Source of the DNA: Schmidtea polychroa
Lineage: Eukaryota
Reading direction: 5' to 3'
Length of the DNA stretch: 64,000 bases
NCBI GenBank assembly: GCA_044892525.1
Contig: CM097885.1
Span: 7,070,001 to 7,134,000, forward strand
Of the stretch, positions 1 through 45,728 are shown one piece after another. Below the pieces are notes generated by a model. That model saw only the letters and a list, made by a program, of their open reading frames with translations, was not told where the DNA came from and ran no database searches. Position 1 is the first letter of the stretch. Each line of letters opens with the position of its first letter. A program made the translations under genes and the position numbers.

Positions 1-541
1 TACAACACATACTCAAAAATACATGCAAACTTTCGATATATAGAAATGCTCTGCTGAGATACATTTCTATAATAACGTTTTTATAATAACAATTTTGGGA
101 GAAAAATATCGTTGAAAATCTTATGAAATTTATTTTTGAAGAATTTATTTTAAGGTGTCATGAAAATAACAAAATATCACCATAGAATTTATTTTTATTA
201 TAATTCAAAATTTATCTAACTTACTGTGAGGTGTTTTCAGCTGAGAATTAAATGTTTCAATTATTTATTAAGATCATTTTTAGTGTTAAATAATGAACTA
301 TTAACACATTACAGTCTGCGGACAAATAATAGGTGATCGCGAAACATGTACAGAAATATTGCATATATGAAGTAGTAACAACTAACAAGTATATACATAA
401 TATATATTATTTCTAAAGCACAAATTGAATTTTTTAAATTGAAATTTTTAAATTGAAAAATTAAATAAGTTTTTGAAAAGAAGTTTTATTAGTAAATAAT
501 TTTTAAATAAATATAAATTTGGAGAAAATCGCTCTAGACCC

Positions 542-1338
542 ATAGTTTACAATAACTATTTATATGCGCAATTTAAATATTTTAAAAAATGTTTCTATTT
601 TGATTTTTAAATCCGAATGATCTTCTAAAATTATATTTTATCTATTTTTCTATATTATTTTTCTATATTATTTTTAATTTTTAATTTAATTTTTTATAAA
701 AGCTATTCTCAAGATCAAAAACAACAAATCAGATTGATGATTTCATTGATCTGTTCCTTAGTATCGATTGTTGGCCATCTGTTTATGATGAGAATTGCCT
801 CCTTAAATATGACATTTTTCTTTCCATCCTTGGTTGACATTGCAGAAAATGTCTGTATACCGAGGATTTCCCATCAGGATCTAGATGTTCATTAAGTCTT
901 TGGTGCAAGTTCCTGAACGTACTTTCAATTTATATATCTTTCCATATATTGCACGTGATGCAGTCAATAACGTTTTTTTAGAAGCATATTTTCTTCGGTT
1001 TATGGTAGCCTTTCCACTGTGAAAATATTTTATTTTTTTGTGTTGTTTGCCAGAACTTCTCTCGATGTCCAAGACTTATGTACTATATGAATTGGAAGGC
1101 CAGCGCGTTTAAGTTCTTTCAGGATCTTGAAGTTGAGTATGTCGCTGATGAATGGAATATTCAGATAAAAAATATTTCTTTTTCTGAGTTCTAGCATCTC
1201 AGAATTGTTAGGAATCATCTTTATTGATAACCTCGAACGGCAAACACTGAAGATCATACAATCCATCGATTTCTACAATAGATATGTAGACGATATCTTT
1301 ATCACGACCAAGAGCAGAAAAAAAGTGGAAGACATTTT
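542..1338 (-). mobile_element. Truncated Penelope-like retroelement copy with internally inverted RT segment
   Basis: 542-~1187 is the reverse complement of ~58310-58994 (GIY-YIG region plus 3' tail); ~1188-1338 matches ~57788-57939 in the + orientation (IIFIDNLERQTL...YNRYVDDIF). Confidence 0.85.
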
Positions 1339-1680
1339 TATACGGGAGCCATTTCAAGAAAACCATAGGTTTTCCAATAAATATTATAAATCTACTAAAT
1401 ATCTATAATTCTATAGGAAGAATGTGGCTTTGCTATTGATTTTTTGCTATATATTGAATTATTAATTGAATTATAAATTGAATTTATTAAAAAGAAAGCT
1501 TGAAGACTCTAAATGTAAAAATTCACTTGAAAAAGGCAGTACCAAAAATTCGTGAGTATCAACAAACATCGATATATTACTGATAAACAGTCTTCAAGCT
1601 CTCTTTTTAATAAATTCAATGGTAAAAATAATCAGTGGAGAAATTGGAAAAAGTAAGTTCTTATAATATATAAATTTTAA

Positions 1681-1822
1681 CACGCTAGCTCCCATGAGAC
1701 ATACATGTCGTGCGTTTGAGCCGCTTGGACCGCCATACTTGTAATAATACAGGAAATATTAGCCGAACAACCGACTTGGCCCAGGAGGACAATTTTTTCT
1801 TAACATATTGGCAGCTAACGTG
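1681..1822. mobile_element. piggyBac-type MITE (142 bp)
   Basis: TTAA|cacgctagctccca ... tggcagctaacgtg|CTAA: 12/14 TIR and near-TTAA target duplication. Confidence 0.55.
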
Positions 1823-1930
1823 CTAAATTCGACTTATTTGAAATGAGATATTATTGTAAATAATTCTATTTGATAGTCAATTATAAATTTTATCACTCTT
1901 TTGACTTGGTTTATTACATATTTATTTCAG

Positions 1931-36659
<34,729 letters not shown>

Positions 36660-36989
36660 AATAATAAATTCACAAATCATTTTCATTGTCCTGAAATTCT
36701 ATCTGTATCTGTTTTAAAAAAGAAATTTGTTGATATTCTAATCATATTTTCCTTTCCAAATGCTAGCTTTAATCTTATGGGCCAAGTTTGATTGATTCTA
36801 GAACTCACCAGGAAATTGCTTGATCCACTGTGATTTATTTTTTAATTGGGTTCAAATACCGATCTAAGATTATTTTATTCTTTGTTTGTTTGGTTATGTA
36901 AGTAAATGAATGTTCTTTTTACCATTTAGATTTGTTTTTAATCTTTGACTGGCTTATTGTTGTTATCAACTTTGTACAAATTACTATCA

Positions 36990-37340
<351 letters not shown>

Positions 37341-38330
37341 AATAAATATTATATTCTAGTCATGTTCAGATTCTCCTGTAAAAAATATTATAATATTTAT
37401 TATTGTTGTTTTATTTTTCAATATTCATTTATTATTATCTAATTGGATTTGTTCTACTTTCTGTATTTTGTGGCTACTGACTATTTAGATGTAAGTTTAT
37501 TTATAGAAAATAAATACTGATAAGTAATTTACCAGTCGAATTTATTCTTTGAAATTAAATTTTCCATTAAGTTATAATTAATATCAAATATCAACGTCTT
37601 CTTTTAAGAATTTTTCTTTTAAAATTGAAAAAAGTAATTCTTATTGTAATTAATTAATAAATAGTCTATGAAATGGTTCTTGTTTAATTGATTCCTAATT
37701 AGAACTAATCATAAATACTGATCTGATTTCTAAAAATAGGATCTAATTTATATTGCATATATTTCATTTGATATTCTCATCGGAAGAAGTTGCATTTGAG
37801 TTCCTAAATTACTAAATTGATAAATTAAATTTTAATATCCCAATTAGAGCTGTGAAAGGTGACTAATGTAAATCTATTTAAATTTATTTTTGTATTTTGC
37901 ATAAGCCAAATAACCGGTCATGAGAAAGCAATTAGATGTAGTTGGCAGATGAAAAATACTGCTGATTACTTGGTTTTCCTCAGTACATATTCCTATATTG
38001 CTATTCAATTACTGCATTTCTAGTGCGGTTTTCAAAGGAGCACGATTGGTCAGGAGTCTAAGGCAGACTCGTGAGCTTGTTGTTTTCATTTTTCCCTGCC
38101 ACTTCGAAAAGGTTATATATATAGCAGTTGTTTTAAGCGCGATTCTTTTTTACATTTCATTGCCCAGTATTTGTTTTTTGACAGATTTAACGAGATTCTA
38201 TATTTTGTTTATTACCTTAATTGGTTAAACGATTTCATATGATTGCTTACAATAATTATAACGGTCATGTATATAGTTGTTATTCATCTAGGCGATTGAA
38301 AATCCTTTTATTAATGATGTAAAATATAAA

Positions 38331-38936
38331 TATCTGTTTGATCATGCCACTAGTCATATGCTTATCTCAAAGAGTAAGCCATGCATGTCTAAGTACACGA
38401 GTCAAAATATTGAAATCGCGGAAGTCTTATTATAACAGCTGTGATTTGAGAGATATTATCATTTTGCCACAAGATAACGGTGGTAATTCTAGAGCTAATA
38501 GCCCGGGCATATTTATGCTGGTGCTAGAGGTGAAATTCTTAGACTATGACAGACAAACTACTGTGAAAGCATTTGCCAAGAATGTTTTCATTAATCAAGA
38601 ACGAAAGTCGGTGGATCGAAGACGATCAGATACCGTCCTAGTGCTGACCATAAACTATGCCAACTGACAGTTACTGAAGATTATTTAATTCGTTTTACTA
38701 GAAGTCACCGGGAAACCAAAGTCTTTGGATCCCAGGGGAAGTATGGTTGCAAAGCGGAAACTTAAAGGAATTGACGGAAGGGCACCGCAAAGACTCAACA
38801 CGGGAAATCTCACCCAGTCCGGACACTGTGAGGATTGACAAATTGATAGCTCTTTCTTGATTCGGTGGGTGGTGGTGCATGGCCGTTCTTAGTTGGTGAG
38901 GCGATTTGTCAGGTTAATTCCGATAACGAACGAGAT
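38331..38936 (+). pseudogene. 18S rRNA pseudogene (5' ~170 nt joined to central domain; 3'-truncated)
   Basis: tatctgtttgatcatgccactagtcatatgctt (SSU 5' end with substitutions), taattctagagctaata, then a jump to gctagaggtgaaattcttaga...gaaacttaaaggaattgacggaagggcacc...ggtggtgcatggccgttcttagttggtg...ccgataacgaacgaga. Confidence 0.93.
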
Positions 38937-39388
38937 AATAAAGTTTGGATTATATATCAGGTCAAATGTTTGAGATAGGTTAGAAATTAAAATTATAATG
39001 GGTAAATATTGTAATCCTAATTCCATGTTTTTTATATCTATTTGTAATGTGTGTTGGGCTGAAATGAAAAACAGGATAACCTAAACTCAGAGGAAAAACA
39101 CTAGAAATAATATAAAGATCATAAATAAATTAGGAAAATAAATTAAAAATTAGGAAAAATAATCACCATAAATAAAAAATAATAAATTAAAAAGAGAGAA
39201 TTAAAACAAAAAAGGAAAATGAAAAATCAAGATAAGAAAACCGAGAAAAATAGCAAAATAACATAAAAATTAAATAATTAATAAGAAAATAAATGAAAAA
39301 TAAAAAAAGAATAAAGAAACAATAGGAAAATTAACGAAAAACAGAGAAATTAAATTAAATTAAATAATTAAAAAGCGTCTCGATTTTG

Positions 39389-39450
39389 ATTGGTCCGCAC
39401 ACATTCACAATTAGGTATATAAGGGAGACACTGAAATGAAATTTTCAGTG
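39389..39450 (+). promoter_or_regulatory. Putative Pol II core promoter (reverse CCAAT, TATA, Inr), possibly an LTR promoter
   Basis: ATTGG 39389, TATATAAG 39416, TCAGT Inr 39445 (~30 nt after TATA). Confidence 0.35.
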
Positions 39451-42038
39451 TTAACCCAACAATTCTTAAGGTAAAATTTTTGCATACATTCACTCTCAGT
39501 GTTAACCCAACAATTCTTAAGACATTTCTAGCATTCAAGGATCCAAATCAACAACCATTAAGGATTAATTCCGAGCTAATTCATTTCGACAACAGATCAC
39601 GCGAGGACTCAAAGATTTGATTTTTCGAGAAGCAATATTTTGCAGTTATAGAAAGTAAATTTTTATCTTAGAATTTTAGATTTAACATTAATGATTTATT
39701 CTAAATTAAATATTTCATAACAAATTTCGGCTTTTCTTTGCTCACCATTATTTATTTTATCAAGTTAACATAAATTTTTAGTAAACAATTTTTAAACGAT
39801 CAATATATAATTGGAATATTCTTTTTGTAAATGTAGGAGAATTTAGTAGCGTAACAAAGCATGTTTTAATGATTTTTTATGTAATCCACGACGCTGAGGT
39901 TCAGCTGGCCACAGCTCGAGGGACACCCGTTGTTCCACTTGCCAGAAGGTCGGATGATTCTTCAGCATCGTAGTGGCTGGGATCGGGTCATTGTGGGGGT
40001 TTCCCCACTTATCGGTCGCCACAGGAGATGAAAGACAAAAACTCTAATAGAAAGAAAAAAGTCACTACAGCTGAAATGGGTACAATTATCAAAATGCTAC
40101 TTATGTGAATGAGCCATCGCAATGACTAAGGGAGCCGAAAATCGCACGTTAACAACTCTCATTCTATCATTCTTCTAGGAAGCCGTCACAATCGAAACAT
40201 CGCACTTCATCGCTACGGATCGTCCGAGAACCACTTCCAGTATCTATTTATTTATCTCAGAAACTGCGATCCAAACTATCACGAACTTTTCTCCTAAGAT
40301 TTTAGCTCTCGTTTGGAAATTTTAGGCAAAGAGGTAGTGTTTGACTTCCACCGAAAACCGGTTTTTATGAATTAGTCTCATAGAATAAAAATAGTAATTT
40401 CAAATTGTATTACTTCGAACCATGTCGGATCTAGCATAAGGGGTACCACTGGGGCTCTTCGACAGATCATGTGACAGAGGGTACCCCGGATCGAGATAGC
40501 AACAAAAAATCCCACTTCTCCGTATGAATAAATCTACCTTGCCCAAGCTAAACCAATTGTCAACAGCTGATTTGCACTTTTAATTAGTGACTATCCCACG
40601 AGTATTCGAAACAATCTTTCAGGCGATGTGAACGCCATAAGGACTAATACACATACTGTTTTTCTATGAAATTAACCGTCTGATCGGCATTACTACACAA
40701 ATGCGCACGAGTAGGAATCGACACATTAGTCGCTTTCCGATAATGATCAAGTATGGCTTTTCGCATGTGCCCTAAATCAACCACAGTAGATAAAGTAGCA
40801 GCTCCAGTGCGATCGGCCAGTAGGGTAAATCCGTGAAGTAATCACCTGGCGGATTTAATCGTATCCGAACCGCGGTACAGTTTTATATGCAATGTAAATA
40901 TTCACACGATAACGCCGTGAGTATAACCAGGCGGCCTTATCTCTGTTTTTAAATGATATAGTAGCTTTCCGATAATTCAATATTACCTAACCGTTAATTC
41001 GTGAACGTCTATTTAATCGTTCAAAGCGTAAACAAATATAAATAAAATAAGGTTTTTATGTAAAGTCAGATAGTGAATTTAAATTAAACATTTTCTCGGG
41101 GGTTTTTAAATCAATTGTTTCCCAGTACTGATCGGGAATTCGTGTGGGAAGGCTGTAGTTATCTGTAGGGGTTTTGATCTAATTTGTCCATCAACATAAT
41201 TATCAAACAGCTCTTGATGACTTCTGAATGCTTGAATTAGGTTAGGTTAGTCCAGATATTCTCGTCATCTTTGTACTGAAAGCGAGACTATAAACAATGA
41301 CCATTTTTATGAGATGCCCAATTTGGTGTAGAATTTATTTAAAGGAATGATGTAGTCTGGGTATAGATGAGGACCTGATTTCTCTTCAAATTTCAATTGT
41401 TTTACAGCTTCCTATTTCAAACTCCATAAGCCAACTGATTTGATTGACTGCTCTTTCTGGGGATAACTAATTCCTTCATCACTGATCCGAATTAATTCTT
41501 CTTTAATGGTAAAAGCTTGGTATAGTGTAATTAACGATCTTGAGTAGTGCACCAGGGAAAAGTTAGATCCCAAGAGTTGAATGCATACGTATTAGCTTGA
41601 GGTAACATAAAAACACATCATTTTTCTGTGATTGTTTATCGCGCCCGCCAGGAAAAGGGGTAATTAAATGTACAAATAAACAATTGAAATTAAAATTTAA
41701 TAGCCACGGTGTGGAACTGTCGAAACTCCGAGATTTCTCCGGCGTATGTGTGGTAAACGAAGTTGATTGTTCTTCTTTCATTTTTCTAAAGTTTACCGTT
41801 ATATCGCGAGTATGATTGTACATGAGGATTGTTATGTCGACTATTAGCAGGAGCAGGATCTTAATATACATGTTCGATTCATTTAGATATGTCCAAAACC
41901 CCAACAACCGCAATCATCTAACAGCAATGTTTTTCCTGTGCCGATAAAAATCTCCTGATTAAGACTCTCCAGGCACAAAATGGTCTTCTAAAAAAGAAAT
42001 CTGATCATCTAGAGGGGACCTATTTCTCCCCCGCCCAA

Positions 42039-42633
42039 ATGAAGGAGGTGAGAATGAGATTAACTCGAGCAGAAAGATGCCGAGACGAGCTGATCGAGGA
42101 AAGTCGCGCATTATGAGCATTGATCAAGGAGCAATCGGAGGCGCTGCACAAAGTCTATGTGCAGGCGTCAATCACAAAGAAAATCGTAGACATCTCCATC
42201 GCAGAGGAGGATAATGTGTTCCCACATCATCATTTCTGGCTAAGTCCACAAATCGGACAAGCGTTAGCAGTTCGGACGCCCCACGCCAATGATCTCTTCT
42301 GATGTCGTTTTTACAGGTGTCAGCCAAGCGGCACCAAAAGCAACTGACACGTCGGTCCCGGTCACTCTTCCGGAGGCGACAAAGACTACTAAGCGCCGGC
42401 AACCGTCTCGGGTCGAGCGAACCAAAAGGCGAAGGGTTCTCCAAGCTGAAAGAGAAGCGACTTTGATCGCCGCAGCTAAGAAGCAACCCCCGGCACTCCG
42501 AGTAAGGGTACCATCTCGCTCTCCGCCTGCATTCCGAGTAGTGCCTCCCACGAACACTTCTTGGGAAGAAGATGCCCGGGATTTCTTTGATCTCGACGAG
42601 ATTTTTGCCGGAACTTCACCAAACACTTTGTGA
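42039..42633 (+). pseudogene. GC-rich disrupted ORF of unknown function (one stop, one frameshift)
   Basis: ATG 42039 is in frame with ORF 42120-42302 and shifts into ORF 42289-42633; helical N-terminus, basic RTKRRR stretch, acidic WEEDARDFFDLDEIF end. Confidence 0.4.
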
Positions 42634-43663
42634 TTTTTTTATGTTGTAAATTATAAATATATTACTTATTACTGAATGACGAATTTAACTGATTTTAAAT
42701 GACCCAGTTGATGTTGAGATTTGCCTGTATGAAACTATATGGTAGATGGTGATGGTATCAACTTGAGAATGAATGGTAAAGATAAACTGTTGGTGTTAAT
42801 TCGTGTCAAGAATGTCGTGGGTCTTTGGTTTGTGTGATTGTCAGTGACCCGTCGTAGCAGAGAAATCAAAATGGTTGCGGGTTGTTCGATGATAGAAATA
42901 ATATGAGTAGCGCTAATACCGTGAGCAATAGAAAATGACGTAAGTCTTTTTAACGGCAGTCGGGAAATGGTTTTTTGCGATTTTGAAATGTAATGTCTTT
43001 GAACCATACGTTTTAATGTTGCAGTTGTTGGCTAAAGCAAGTTTGAAAGAGGCATCTCAGGAATTAAGATTGAATGTATTTACTGGAGTGATACACACCA
43101 TACTTTAAATTAAATTATAAGAAATCTGTAAATTTTGAAATTGGTAAATTTTATTATAAAAGTCTTTTTTCTAATTTTATTAAATTATCCTTGGATTTGA
43201 ATTGTTTAAATATTCATAATATATTAAATTTTGGTGAAATCTTTTAAACGTCTAATAATAAAGTTGAAGAAATAAATTTATATTTAAATGCAATCAGTAA
43301 TAAATCATTGATATAATATTCTCAAAATCATAGCTAAACGAGATCCTTCTAAAAGAGAGATTAAACCTGTAGATAAAGATGCATTTCAATTATTTGATGA
43401 TATAGAATCAGGATCGGATGAAGATTTTTCTGATGGTAAAATACTTATTATTGGTTTAATCGCTGTTATAGATGATTTCCAGAAAAGAGAAATCAAAGCG
43501 TTAACTTATTTATTTAAAATATAATATAAAGGAAATATTTACTGAAATTCTCTACAATTTATTTTCTATGTTCAATAATATTACTCAAGAATTACATTTA
43601 AATAATTAGGTAATTAGATTTTTGATTTAATATTTTAATTATTAAATTTTTTATTAATTAATT

Positions 43664-44907
43664 TGTAACCACAAGCTGTTTTATCACAAAAATGCCCTGG
43701 CTTAATTTGCCTTTCCTGCTAGCAGTTGCTAGAATCCAGATCACCTCGTGACACAAAGATTCTAGCATGGTTACCGCGTGGGGTCCTCCTCCAGGTCGCC
43801 ATGTCGCTCATCCGGGTTTCCTAGCCTTACGGGTTACCCGCCTCCGCTGTACGGGCCTCAGGTGAAGGGACCCGCCCTATATCTGTCCCCCTCCCTCCCC
43901 CGCATGCCGAATGGTGAAAGCTTCAATCCATGCTGCGGCATGCAGATGGAGCCCGAACCTGTCATAATCATGTCCCAGCACGCCACAGGGCCGCCTGCAC
44001 GCACCCCTAAATGCCCACAGGCCAGCATACCAAAGGGCCTCAATTATTACCCCACTCAACTAACTGCCGAACCCGAACGAGGAACTGCTCAAGGCATTCC
44101 AGTTAATCCAATAATCAAGGTGGCCATAATTTGCGCCAACAGCCCGATCTGGGTGACAAGAGTAACACGAGCGTGTTTCCCAAAGCATTCCGTAATAGCG
44201 CTAACCCAGAAATCGGTTACTGCTTACCTTGGCAATTCCCTGCTGAGAGCTTCCAAGAAGGAAAACAGTAATAACAGAATGATTACTGAAGCTCCGATTT
44301 ATGCAGGCCAATTTAAGTTTGCTAGTTTCTCTCTTTCTATTGGTCGAATTTCTAAATTATATTCAGTCATTTCATTGATTTATGATTTACCCAATCGGTT
44401 GCTCGTTGCTGTCCACCTTGATTGGTGCTTCCTGCTGGATTAGCTGTGATTCCGTTAGCATGCTATATTGTAGCTGTTCATATTACACAGTTATTCATTT
44501 GATACAATTTGCATTGAGTTTTATATTAAATCAATTCATATTCGATTTCCAGATTATTTTAGGAATATAAATTACCTTTGGCCCCGAAACAGAAATTGGT
44601 ACGTTACCTTGCTTGATTATAGGTTTGTAACCTATCGAATTTATTATGGCTGCCTCTCAGTGAAGGAATCTGCCACATTTAATCAGTTGCTTAAATTCAC
44701 CCAGATAATCAAATATGAAAGAAAACAGCAAAATTAAACGCTTAATTATAAATTGCAGCAAGCCATTTAGATAGAAAGCGCAAAATATAAATAAATATTA
44801 ATCAGGAGGTTTCATTCGGTGCCTTATCATTTCTCATGCTTGATATTCTTTTCCGTTCTTAATTCTCCCCATCTTATTTCTATCGTACTTGCTGGGCCTG
44901 GGTTACA
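43664..44907. mobile_element. Possible LTR (TGTAACC...GGTTACA)
   Basis: 7-bp inverted TG..CA termini bracket a GC-richer block; no TSD, PBS or PPT confirmed. Confidence 0.35.
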
Positions 44908-45728
44908 TAGCTGCTTGGTGACCGGAGCGCCGCTGGAGTTCCTGAGATAAGGGCCGGCGCCAGCTTATTTATCGACCTAGGCAAAACTTATCAAAACGCC
45001 CCCTTTCACACAAATTAATAAAGAAATAAATATATATAAGAAAACAATAAATTTAAAGTGACACATTAATTTATTATCGATTGCATAAATGTTGCAAAAT
45101 TAAAATTTAATTTTCCTTGCCTTCTTCCTCGCCAAATTTTCTACTAATTCCTTCAATCCCAGTGTCAAAGCGTAATCAATCACATTCCATTGAAATTGCT
45201 GCCAAGTCCACAAGCCTGCTTTGCGATATAGTTGAACGCAAGCAACTTTTAATTAATTCCAATTTTGAAAACCTGCGTTCTCCACTAGCTACGGACACTG
45301 CAAGTGCTAATAATATTCTCAAGGAAACAACAACATTTGGTACACAATCTTCCAATTTAATGTTGTGCTATATAGAGGAGCACATCTTATGGTGACAGGC
45401 TGCGGGAACAAAAGAAATTGAACAAGAAAATAAAAACCAAGGTCAGTACTAATAAATTAGTACAAAAAGGAAAAGGAATTTCGAAATAGGGAAAATAGAA
45501 AAAACAGCAATACTCTTATCTCGACAGCTTGTCAGTGATAGCAGATTGCTACGGAAAGGCGGGTGAACAAAAAAGTAAAAAGGGAAAATAACTTGACAGC
45601 CGTCAGAGATAAAAATGAAACAGTCGGGGATAGCAGGAGAAAGAAAGTCGGAAAACACTTGATTATCTTGAGTGCCACAATATAAGCAAACGTAGAGGAA
45701 AAGGAAAATGGTAAATAGAATCTGTCGC

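Noticed and set aside
331..353. cgc-GAAA-catg-TA-cag half-hammerhead
   Set aside because: No CTGANGA upstream; only half of the core is present.
1478..1619. ~30-bp inverted repeat with a minus-strand TTGAAGA..ctg/cag..TAA-tata-TC string
   Set aside because: GAAA core absent and stem I unpaired; at most a heavily decayed motif, so not called a ribozyme.
38338..38880. ORFs 38338-38667 and 38698-38880; also a functional rRNA gene call
   Set aside because: The ORFs are shadow translations of 18S sequence; deletions and substitutions in invariant positions exclude a functional 18S.
43778..44443. 221-aa ORF
   Set aside because: GTG start, no recognisable domain, and lies in a GC-rich LTR-like block where open frames arise by chance.
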